Source: an uncultured Elusimicrobia bacterium | Lineage (GTDB): Bacteria; Elusimicrobiota; Elusimicrobia; UBA1565 | Assembly: GCA_964359165.1 (NCBI GenBank) | Contig: CAYHRV010000008.1 | Span: 1-23,257, forward strand | DNA: 23,257 nt | Direction of reading: 5' to 3' | Shown here: in pieces, positions 1-12,100 of the stretch | How the letters are laid out: each line of letters starts with the position of its first letter | How positions within the stretch are numbered: the first letter of the stretch is position 1 | Program-made: the position numbers and the translations under genes | Notes under the pieces: model-generated | What the model saw: the letters and a program-made list of their open reading frames with translations, nothing else | Databases searched by the model: none | Told to the model about the DNA's origin: nothing

Positions 1-2
1 CG

Positions 3-105
3 GGAAACTCATACGGGGTCGCGTGGGGTGACTACGACAACGACGGCGACCTGGATGCGATCGTGGCCAACTATTCCAACCAGGACGAGTTCCTTATTCG
101 CAACG
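3..105 (+). other. Last blade of a truncated FG-GAP/VCBS propeller
   Basis: VAWGDYDNDGDLDAIVANYSNQDEFLIRND followed by the same post-propeller domain (NDTAAVHAAPTPPGAFSASFQEYG) that follows the three complete propellers. Confidence 0.8.
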
Positions 106-3100
106 ATACGGCGGCCGTCCATGCGGCGCCGACGCCCCCCGGCGCATTCTCAGCCTCTTTCCAGGAGTACGGTCTTTCCTCCTCCTCCGGCGTTCTGACC
201 CTGTCCTGGGGCAACGGCGCGGACGTCGAGAACTCTACGGCTTCCCTGCGCTACTTCATCCGGGTGGGGACCACGGTGGCTGGGTCGAGCACGACCTTCA
301 AGATACCGGCGAGATATTCCTTGGACGGCTATTCCGGCGGCGGGTCCTCCCTCTACAGCACGAAGATCTCCTCCGCGGTCCGGGGCATGAAGCTCGTTAT
401 GCAGAAAGAGACCACCGTCTATTGGGCGGTGGTGACCGAGGACGGGGAGTTCCAGCGTTCGGCGCAGTCCGCGGAACAGACGGCGTTCCTGGCGGCTCCG
501 GGGGCGGTCACGGACCTGCGGGTCGCCTCCATCGTGTCCACCGGCCTGGGCGCCTCCTCCATGACGGTGACCCTGGCCTGGACGGCCCCGGGGGAGAACG
601 GCTACACGGGAGCCATCACGGGCGGCTCCTACGACATCCGTTACTCCACCCTGGCTCCCATCACGAGCACCAACGCCTACGCGGCGGCGGCCTTCACGAT
701 ATCCGTAGCCACCAACGCCAACCCTGGCGAGACGCACTCCTACGCGATCCCCCTCTTGGAGGCGAAGGCCACCCACTATTTCGCGATCACGGTCAAGGAC
801 GCGGCCGGAGTCCGCTCGGGACTATCGAACCCGACCACGGCCCAGGCCTATGTCGATGCCCTGTCGGGAACGGCGGACGGGGCCTACGATCTGGCCTTTG
901 GGGACTACGACCGGGACGGGGACCTCGACGCGATAACGGCCAACAGCGGGGCGGCGGACGAGACGCTCCTGCGCAACGACGGCAACAGCGTCTTCACCCG
1001 CCTCACCGTCGCCGGAAGCGCCGGCGACTCGCGGGGCGTCGCGTGGGGGGACTACGACAACGATGGAGATCTCGACGCGGCGGTGGCCAACGCCGGCGGC
1101 CAGGACGAGGTCCTTCTTCGCAACGACGGCGGGGGGGCCTTCGCCGTCGTCGCCCTCACGGGCTCGGGAGGGGATTCCGCCGGCGTGGCGTGGGGGGATC
1201 ACGACAACGACGGCGACCTGGACCTGGCCGTGTCCAACGCCGGCGGGCAGGACGAATATATCGCCCGCAACAACGGCGACGGGACCTTCTCGACCTTCAC
1301 TCTTACCGGCACGGCGGGCGCATCCTGGGGGGTCGGCTGGGGAGACTACGACAACGACGGGGACCTGGACCTCGCGGTGGCCAACGCGGCAGCGAACATG
1401 GTCTTGGCGCGCAACGACGGCAACGGCGTCTTTTCGACCTCGTCGGTCGCCGGGACATCGAACTATCGAGCCCTCGCCTGGGGGGATTTCGACGGCGACG
1501 GCGACCTGGACCTCGTGCTGGGGACCAACGGCGACGAGCTGCTGGTCCGCAACAACGGCAATGGGACCTTCACTTCCGCCGCGCTGACGGGGTCCGGAGG
1601 GGACACCTACGGCCTGGCCGCCGGCGACTACGACAACGACGGGGACCTCGACTTGCTCTTGGGCAATTTCGCCGGCGTGGACGAGACCCTCCTGCGCAAC
1701 GATGGCGTGGGGAATTTCACCCCCGTCGTCCTCGGCGGGACCGGGAGGAGCACGCTGGGAGCCTCTTGGGGAGATTTCGACGGCGACGGCGACCTCGACG
1801 CGATGCTCGCCGCTTCCAACGTCGATGACTTTATCCTGCGCAACGATACGGCTTCCACCCATAACGCGCCCACCGCCCCAGCCGGGGGATTCTCCTCCTC
1901 GTTCCAGGAATATGGGATCGCTTCGAGCTCGGGCGTCCTGACCCTCTCCTGGGGGAACGGTTCGGACACGCCGCATTCGACAACCACCCTGCGCTACCTC
2001 GTCCGGGTGGGGACCACGGTGGCTGGGTCGAGCACCACGGTCAAGATCCCGTCGAGGTTCAGCGTGGGTGGGTTCTCGGGCTCCCTTCCCTACAGCACGA
2101 ATGTCTCCTCCGCGGTCCGGGGCATGAAGCTGGTCCTGCAGAAAGAGGCCACCGTCTATTGGGCCGTGGCCGCGGAGGACTCCGAGTTCGCGCGCTCGGC
2201 GCAGTCCGCGGAGCAGACCGCGTCCCTCGTGGCCCCGGGCCGGGTGACGGACCTGCGTGTCGTCTCCATCGTGTCGACGGGCCTGGGCGCGAGCACGATG
2301 ACGGTCACCCTCCAGTGGACCGCCCCGGGCGATGACGGCTATTCGGGGGCCTTGGCCGGGGGAACTTTCGACCTCCGCTATTCGACCCTCGCCCCCATCC
2401 TGGGCTGGAACGACTACTCCACCGCGCCGTTCACGGTCTCGATCGCCAGTTCGGTCAACGCGGGAGAACTTCAGACCTATGTGATCGCCGACCTGGATGT
2501 CCGGACCTCGCACTATTTCGCCATCACGACCAAGGACGGGCTTGGCGTGCGGTCGGCTCTCTCGAACCTCAATGCCATCGCCACCGGGTACATACTGCTC
2601 CTGCCGGGGACCTCCGGGAGCGATCCGGGGGCGGCCTGGGGGGACTATGACCGGGACGGAGACCTCGACCTCCTGCTCTCGGACAGCCGGCTCATGCGCA
2701 ACGACGGGAACGGGAGCTTCGTGCAGGTCGCCGTCCCGGGAATGGGAGGGTTCGGCGCGTCCTGGGGCGATTACGACAACGACGGAGACCTCGACATCGT
2801 GTCCAACGCCAACGCCATCGGCGACGAGGTGGTCCTGCGCAACGACGGGGGCGCCTTCACGGCCGTCGCGGTGACCGGCTCTGGCGGCAACTCCGCCGGC
2901 GGCAACGCCTGGGGAGATTTCAACAACGACGGGCGCTTGGACTTCGCCGCGGCCAATCAGAGCGCGGAGAACGAGGTCCTGGCCCGCAACAACGGCAACG
3001 GGACATTCTCGACCTCCACCCTCACGGGCTCCGGCGGCTCCTCGCAAGGCATCGCTTGGGGCGACTACGACAACGACGGGGACCTGGACCTGGCCGTGGC

Positions 3101-6100
3101 CAACGGCGGCGAGGACCCGGTGCTGTTGAGGAACAACGGCGGGGGCGCCTTGAGCGTCACAACGGCCCTCAACGGGTTCGGGTTCCCGGTGCGCGCCATT
3201 GCTTGGGGCGATTACGACAAGGACGGGGACCTCGACCTGGCCTTGGCCCGCAGCGGCGGGGCCGATGAGAGCCTCCTGCGCAACAACGGCAACGGGACCT
3301 TCACGGAAGCGGTCCTCACCGGGTCCGGGGGGGATTCCTTCGGCGTCGCTTGGGGCGACTACGATAACGACGGCGACCTGGACCTAGCCGTGGCCAATGC
3401 GGGGGGAGGCGACGAGGTGGTCCTGCGCAACAACGGCAACGGAACTTTCTCCAAGTTCATCCTGGCGGGCACGGCCGGGAATACCCATGGGATAACCTGG
3501 GGAGACTTCGACGGCGACGGCGACTTGGACCTGGCCGCGGCGAGCGACGACAAGCAGGTCATGGTGCTTCGCAACGACGCGGCGCTGGCCCACAGTGTTC
3601 CGACCCCGCCCGTCGCCGGCTTCTCCGCCTCCTACCAGGAGTACGACGCCTCGGCCAGCTCCGGCGTGCTGACGCTCCAATGGGGCAACGGGTCGGATGT
3701 GGAGGATTCGACGGCTACCCTCCGCTATTTCGTCCGGGTCGGGACCACGGTGGCCGAAAGCAGCACCACGTTGAAGCTTCCCTCCCGTTACTCGCTCGAC
3801 GGTTTCGCCGGAGGGGGATCTTTCCTTTATAGCACCCAGGTCTCATCGGCGGCGCGCGGCATCAAGCTGGTGATGCAGAAGGAGACCACGGTCTATTGGT
3901 CCGTGCTCACCGAGGATTCCGAGTTCCTGCGCAGTTCCTCCTCCACGGAGCAGACGAGCTATCTCATCGCCCCCGGCCGGGTCACGGACCTTCGGGTCTC
4001 GGCCATCTCCTCCACGGGCCTCGGCGCGTCGTCGATGACGGTGACCCTGCAGTGGACCGCGCCCGGAGACAACGGCTATTCCGGGGCGCTATCGGGCGCC
4101 CTCTACGACATCCGCTACTCGACCCTGGCCCCCATCACCGCGGCAGGGGCGTACCTGGCCGCGCCGTTCACCCTTTCCATCTCCACCAACGTCAATCCCG
4201 GGGAAACGCAGACGGCGCTCCTCCAGTATCTGGAAGCCAAGGCCACCCATTATTTCGCGATCACGGCCAAGGACTCGACCGGCGTCCGGTCCTTGCTCTC
4301 CAATCCGGCCACGGCCGAGGCGTATGTCCGCTACCCGGCGGCGACCGGCGGGAACTCGAAGGCCGTCGCCTGGGGGGACTACGACAAGGATGGGGACCTC
4401 GACGCGCTCGTGGCCAACGGCGGGGGGGCCGACGAGTTCCTTATGCGCAACGACGGCAACGGCGCCTTCACGAAAGTGACCATCGCCGGCTCGGGAGGGG
4501 ATTCCACCGCCGTGGCGTGGGGAGACTACGACAACGACGGGGACCTCGACGCCCTGGTGGCCAATACCGGGAACGAGGATGAGTTCCTCCTGCGCAACGA
4601 CGGCGGGGCGTTCACCAAAGTCGCGCTCACGGGCACGGCGGGCAACTCGAAGGCCGCGGCGTGGGGCGATTATGACAACGACGGGGATCTCGACGCGCTC
4701 GTGGCCAACGCCGGGACGCAGGATGAATATCTGCTCCGCAACAACGGGACCTCGTTCTCCAGCGCGGCGATCGTCGGGATCGGCGGCGACTCCAATGGCG
4801 TGGCCTGGGGGGACCATGACGGCGACGGCGACCTGGACGCCGTCGTGGCCAACGGCGGAGCGGAGGACGAGGTCCTCCTGCGCAACGACGGGAGCGGGGT
4901 ATTCGTCCCCCTCGTCATGGCCGGGGGCTCGGGCGGAGCGTCTTACGGCGCGGCCTGGGGGGATTACGACAACGACGGGGACCTCGACATTCTCGTGGCC
5001 AACGGCGGAGCGGAGGACGAGGTCCTTTTGCGAAACGACGGGGGCGGCACCTTCTTCAAGATCACGCTGACAGGCTCTGGCGGCGACACCCGGGGCGCAG
5101 TGTGGGGCGACGCGGACAACGACGGGGACCTCGACATCCTCGCGGCCACCGGCGGCGGCGAGGACAAGATCCTCCTGCGCAACGACGGCGGAGGGACATT
5201 CGCCAAAGTCGTGCTGGCCGGATCCGGCTCTGAGTCGCGAGGCGCATCCTGGGGCGATTACGACGGCGACGGCGACCTGGACGCCGTCCTGGCCGGCGAT
5301 TCGGCGCAAGACGAGTCGATCCTTCGCAACGATCTCGCGTCTTCCCATAACGCGCCTTCCGCGCCTTCCTCGGGCTTTTCCGCCTCCTTCCAGGAATACG
5401 GGATCTTCGCGACCTCGGGGGTGCTGACGCTCTCCTGGGGGAACGGCTCCGATGCCGAGACTCCCGCCGCTTCCCTGCGCTATCTCGTTCGGATCGGCAC
5501 CACGGTGGCCGGTTCGAGCACCACGCTCAAGGTCCCTGTCCGCGTGAGCCTCAACGGTTCCTCCCCGTACAGCACGCGCATCACCCCGGCCGCGCGGGGC
5601 CTCAAGATCATCATACAGAAGGAGACCACCGCCTATTGGGCCGTGACCGCGGAAGACGGCGAGTCCTTGAGATCGTCCGAATCGGTGGAGCAGAGCGCCT
5701 TCCTGGCGGCTCCCGCGGCCATCGCGGATCTGGCCGCGGCTCAAGATAACACGGTGGAAACCTCCTCGAGCGCGTGGATGACGCTCACGTGGACGGTGCC
5801 CGGCGAGGACGGTTCGGCCTCCACGCTCCAGTCCGGCGCGGTCTACGACTTGCGCTGGAGCACGGTCGGGGTCGTGGACTCGCAAGCCAAATACGAGGCG
5901 GTCCCCAATCAATCGCTCATCGCGGCCGACGGCCAAATCCCAGGAACCGTGCGCACGCAACTGGTGGCCGTGCCGCCTGGAAAGACCTACTACTTCGCCC
6001 TCACCGTCAAGGACAGCCTCGGCTCGCGTTCGGGCCTTTCCAACGCCGCCGCCGGGGTGTTCGCCAACGCGCTTATGGAAGAGACCACCGGCGTCGCCAT

Positions 6101-9100
6101 CCCCACCGCGCTCCAGGGCGACACGACCGCCTTCCTGAAGGTGAAGCTCTGGGTAGATTCGGGGACCCTGACCTGGCTCAAGATCGCGGTGCGCAAGACC
6201 GGAGGCGTGCCCGACTCCGCCGTCAAGAACGTGGCGGTCTATCAGGACAGCAACGCCAACGGCGTTTTCGACGCGGCCGATTCCTTCGCCCTGCGCACCT
6301 CGCCGGCGGTGTTCGTCTCGAGCGCGGCGACGCTCACGCTGAGCCCGGCTCAGACCATCAATACGACCACCAAGACCTACTTCGTCGCCTTGCAGTTCGA
6401 GCCCGCGAACCTGCAGACCGACGGCTCCAGCGTGGCCGTCCGCCTCGATCCCCAGCCCTTCACCGTGCGAGGAGCCGGTATCCCCGGGACCGATCTGCCC
6501 GCCCTGCTCCTTGATGGAGTCGACGACCAGGTGCGCGTCCCCACGAGCGGGAGCCTCAACGCGATCGGCGCCTTGACCGTCGAAGCCTGGGTGAAGACCA
6601 CGGACTCGGGGGCAGACCGGTCCATCGTGACGCGGGCCAACGGGGGTCTGACTCAGGGCTTCCGGCTCTGGCTCAACGGCGCGGGCTGCGGAGCGGGAGT
6701 GCCGACCTTGTTCATCGGTCCGGCGTTCCTATGCGCCAATCGAGAAGGAACGCCCGTCCGCGTCGACGACGGACGCTGGCATCACGTGGCCGCGGCCTAC
6801 AACGACCTCAACGGCAAGCGCATATTCGTCGACGGCGAGATGCTCTCCACCGGGCCGGTGTCCGCCGGCGTGCTCGCCGACACCAGCGACCTGGCCTTCG
6901 GAGGGCCCAATCCGGCAGGCGGCGGGTACCTCGCCGGGGTCCTAGACGAGGTGCGGGTCTCGAATTTCATGCGCTACACATCCGGCTTCGTCCCCGCGCT
7001 GCGCAACTCCACCGACGGAGGCACCGCCCTCCTGCACCATTTCGACGCGCTCGTGGGGACCGGGACCCTGGTGGTTGACGCCTCGGCCAACGGCAACAAC
7101 GGGACCTTGCTCGGAAACATGGCGGGCTATGGGCGGTCCACTTCGACGGTGCTTGTCGACGTCCAGGACGTCCTCCAGTCCAGCGGGACGGATATCAGTC
7201 CGACCACGATGTATCGCAACGCCACGGACGTGGGACTGCTCAAGCTCCAGCTCTGGACCGACCACGACTACGCGACCTTCCAACGCATCTCGGTCGGCCA
7301 TTTCGGGTCGGGGTCGGAGGCCGGGGTCACCAACATCCGGATGTACAAGGACGACGGCGACGGGCTCTTCTCCCCGGTCTTGGACTCGAACCTGACCCTG
7401 GGCCAAGACTTCGCCGTCGGCAAGGCCACCTTCGACCTCGTGGCCGCGGGGCAGACCCAGGTCATCACCCCCTCGACGAAGACCTACTTCTTCTCCTGGG
7501 ACATCACCGGCGCGGCCCAGATCGGCGAGTCCCTCGGCCTGCAGATAGGCAGCACGGAGGACATCCTGCTTTCCGGGACCACGGACGCGGTGTCCGCGTT
7601 GAGCTTCCCCATCCAGACCGCCACGCGCGCGGTGGTGGCGGCCAGCGCCTTCGTGGCCGCCGAGACGGCTACGGGGACCTGGGTCAATATCTCCTCCATC
7701 GTCTTCAACGGCAATTTCAACCTCGGCAACGTGAACCACTTCCACCCCCGCTGGGACCAGAATCCCGCGACATCGATCACTGGGACGGAGCCGCTCTGGA
7801 ACGCCGGGAAAACCACGACCACGGCGACCCAGGACGCCAATGATTGGTATTTCCACGTGAAGGCCTTCGATGGGAGCGACACTCCGGGCACCCAGCAGGA
7901 CCTGGGCCCCTTCTTCGTCGACCGGACCCCGCCTTCCGCCTCCCTGTTCCGCAGCTTCAACTCCACGGCCGGAGCGCTGGCCGAGGCGCAGGTCAACGAC
8001 CTCGCCTTGGGGGTGACGGTCCAGCTCGCCGTGCAGGATGCCCTATCGGGCCTGAGCCTCGACGGTTTGGCGCCCTTGGCTCCCGTGGAAGGCACCGTGG
8101 GGCTCTGGCATTTCGACGACCCCTCGGGTTCGGTCTGGAAGGATTCCGGGACCGCCGGCATCCAGCTCTCGGGTTCCGGCGTCGTCACTCGGGCGGCGGG
8201 ACGCTTCCGCACCGGTCTGCTCTTCGACGGGTCCGGGAACCTGAGCGCATCGCCCTCCTCCCTCCCCCTGGGCGCCGCGGTGCGGAGCATCGAGGCGTGG
8301 ATCAACCCCGTCTCGACGCAGACCACGCTCGGCCTGGTGACCTGGGGAGCGGCGGGATCGAACACCCTGATGCGATTCGGGATGATAAACGGAAAGCTCT
8401 CCTCGGACATGGGCGGGGTGTCCAATCTCGCGGGGCCGGTATTGAGCACGGGGGTCTGGCAGCACGCCGCTTTCACCTATGACGGGAGCGCGGCGCGCTA
8501 TTACCTCAACGGCGTCTTCGTGGGAAGCCACACCTACGGGGCCGTAGCCACCTCGGCGGGGACTCTCTATGTCGGAGCCGGAGAGGGCGCCACGCTCAAG
8601 TTCCGAGGCACCATTGACGAGGCCCGCATCCTCAACCGCGTCTTGAGCGCGGAAGAGGTCTATAACGATCGATTCCGGGGTGACCCGTATTACGCGGCCT
8701 ACTCCACTTCCGCCGGCAATTCCTGGCAGTTCGTGCTGAGCACCACCCCCGGCTCGGGCCCCTGGGTGGCGCGCAGCGGCGCGCACGGCTCCTCGGCGCT
8801 GGAGACGATCTCGGTGTACGGCCTCAACCTCATCGTCTCCACCAGCAACGCCGCCGGGGCCCAAGCCACCAATCAGGTGCTTTTCTATGCCGCGGACACC
8901 GCGGGCAACGCGCAGGTGTCCGGCCCCTTCGGCCTGGTGGTGGACACCAACGCCGCCGTGGCTCTGTCCACGCCGATCGCGCCAGCCAATGGGGTCTACA
9001 CGGGTCCGCGCCCCAACTTCGACTGGGCGGGCCCGAGCACCACCAGCGTGGCCGCCATGGCCGGTCCGGGGGGCAACGGCGGGCGCTTCTATCTTCAGGC

Positions 9101-12100
9101 GGCCGCCAACGACCCCTCCTTCTCCCCGGGAAGCATCGTCCTGAGCATCTCCACTCCGGCCCTGGTCGCGGACACGAGCCTTTCTCGCGTGGTCGGCGTC
9201 TACCAGTCCACCTTCACCTTGGCGGAGGGGAACACCTATTATTGGCGCGTGCGCTCGCTGAGTTCGCTGGGGGTCTCCGGACCCTGGAGCGCCTACAGTA
9301 GTTTCGTGGTGGACGCTTCCAGTCCGTCGGCCTCGAGCTATCTCCTCTTCAATTCGAGCGGCGGTGCCTTGGGCGAGACCCAATACACGGACATCCTGCG
9401 CGGAGCGACTGCGCAGATGACCTTCGCGGACGGGCTGGCCGGGTTCCCGCGCAAGCTAGATTTCGGCCCGAACGCGGGGACCATCGCTTTGTGGCATTTC
9501 AATGAGCGCGACGGCTCCTTCCCCGTGGACGCCAGCACCAACTCGCTGGCGGGAACGCTGATCGGCATCAATGCCTCCTCCGCCGCCTATCGGGCCACCC
9601 CCTTCGGCGCCGGCCTGCGCTGCGAGGGGGCCCAAGCCATGCTCGCCTCGAGCGCCCCGTTCAACTTCGCCGCCGGGAGCGAGTTCACCTTCGAGGCGTG
9701 GATCAACCCCGACAGCGTTACCGGGATCCAGATCATCGGCGGGGTGGGAAGCGTGAGCCCGGGAGCGGGGAACGGCAACTGGCTCTTGCGCATCGACAAC
9801 TCCAAGCTCTACTTCACCAACGCGACGAGCGCGGGATTCGCGACGCTCCCCGGGGTGGTTTCCGCCGGCGTCTGGCAGCATGTCGCCATGACGGTGCGCG
9901 GGAGTAAGACCTCCTTCTACGTCAATGGGGTGCTCAACTCCGTGGGAGGCAACGGAGCCAACAGCGGCACCTACGACAAGCCCTTCGCCCTGTGCACGGC
10001 CATCGGGACTTCCGGCGTCTATGAGAATCCCTACCAGGGTCTCATCGATGAGGTGCGCATCCTCAACTACGAGGCCACGGCGGAGCAGGTCGCCTCCGAT
10101 CACGCGGCCACGGCTCCGGGGATCTTCTCGGTGGAGTATTCGACCACGGCCGGCAACACCTGGGCCGTGGTGAGCGCCACCACCCCCGCCGCGGGCTACG
10201 CCTATCTCTCCTTCCCCGGAGCGGAGGGGGGGCTGGGACCGGACACCCTGGTCCTGCGCGACATGACGCTCGCCCATTCGACCAACTCCTCGGCCGGGGC
10301 CGCCGCGACCAACCAGGTCCGATTCATCGTCCCCGACCGCGCGGGGAACTTCCAGACGGCCGGGCCCTTCGCGGTGCTGGCCGACACCGTGGCCGCGACC
10401 GCGGTCTCCACGCCGAGCTATCCGGTCGGCGGGGCCTACGCGCAGACCCGGACCAATTTCCTCTGGGCCGGACCGAGCACCAAGACGGCGTCCGGGATGG
10501 GGGCTTCGGCCTCCTATCTGCTCCAGGTCGACGATGCCCAGGACTTCTCCTCTCCCGACATCTCCGTCTCCACCCCGGTGGCCACGCACAGCACCTCGGC
10601 GGTCACGGTGTTCGGTGCCTATGTCAGCACCTTCACCTTGGCCGACGCCACGACCTTCTACTGGCGCGTCATGGCCAAGGATTTCCTGGGCCAGCTCTCG
10701 CCGCCTCTGACCACCGGAAAATTCGTCACGGACATGAGCACCCCAGTTTCCTCGAGCTTCGGCACCTTCGATTCCACCCGGGGGTTCACCTCGGAGAGCG
10801 GCGCCAACAACCTCCAATCGGGGGTGACGGCGCAGTTGACGGTGCAGGAGGCGGGGCCCTCCGGCCTGAGGACGGGGCTTTTGGACGGGAACAGGACTTT
10901 CGGGGTGATCTACACGACCGGAGGCCACAATCCGGCGGCTTCCGTCACTTGGAACGACGGGGGCATGGCCGAGGCCCTCTCCGACTCGGCGGGCGGGTAT
11001 TTCACCTCGCTGGCCGTGTACCAAGGGAGGCTCTACGCGGGCTTGGCCACCGGCGGCTCCGGAGGCAAGGTGTACTCTTTTGATGGTTCGGCTTGGGCCG
11101 CGCCCGATCCCTTCGTCAACGACGTGCTGGCTCTCATGGAGTTCCAGGGGAAACTCTATGCCGGGCTGGAGGGAGGCGAGGTCTGGGGCTTCGACGGCGC
11201 CCTATGGACCCTGGCCGCGGACTTGCCGGAGGTCCGGGTCAACTCCCTGGCCGAGTACCACGGCAGGCTCTACGCCGCCACCGGCAGCCAGGGGCGCATC
11301 TATGCCTATGACCCGGCCGCGGGTTCCTGGTACGAGACCTACAAGTCCACGAACGTCGAGATATTCTCCCTGGAAGTCTACAACGGGCGGCTCTTCGCGG
11401 GGGGCAACCCGACCCTCTACGCGTTCAGCGGCAGCACTTGGACGCCGGCCTTCCATTTTCAGGCAGGGGGGAATTTCTACGACCTCCAAACCCATAATGG
11501 GAAGCTCTACGCCGCGACGAACAATCAGCGCGTGTATTCCTACGACGGCAGCGCCTGGACGTTCTTCACTCCCCCCGAGACCGAGATCCGGGCGCTGGGC
11601 GCGCATCAGGGCAGGCTCTATTTCGGCGCGAGCCTGCCCAGCATCGGACGCGTCTACACTCATGACGGCAAGGATCTCCTGCGGGTGCGGGACCTGGCCA
11701 CCAACAGCGACCGCATCTTCGCCCTCAAGACCTTCCAAGACAGGCTTTATATGGGGGCGCAGAGCGGAGCCGGTCCGGCCAAGGTCTATGTCTCCACCCC
11801 GCTTGCCTCCTCCATCACCGGCGTCGACGGCACGAACTCGGCCCAGACGCTCCAGGCGACCGGATTGGATCTCATCGCCTCGCAAAACGGCGTGGTCTGC
11901 GGCGGGTCTTCCCCCTGCCTGGCCACCAACCAGGTGCGGCTCACGGTCTCGGACATGGCGGGCAACGTGCATCAGGCCGGGCCCTTCTCCGTGCTCGTCG
12001 ACCCGCTCATCGTCCCTTCCACCGCCGTCTATCCTGCGGACGGCTCTTTCGTGCGGGCGAGCTCTCCGGTCTTCACCTGGTCCGAGCTCAACCCCATGAC

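Noticed and set aside
422-3047. Overlapping alternate-frame ORFs 422..1828 (+, 468 aa) and 822..3047 (-, 741 aa)
   Set aside because: R/G/Q-rich shadow frames over the clearly coding VCBS/FnIII frame.
870-5330. Regular short direct repeats resembling a CRISPR array
   Set aside because: Spacing is ~140-160 nt, repeats are in-frame and encode conserved VCBS motifs, and the intervening sequence is also conserved. Protein repeats, not CRISPR.
4089-5960. 623-aa minus-strand ORF with regular repeats
   Set aside because: Its repeats mirror the VCBS blades on the + strand; periodicity is inherited, not independent.
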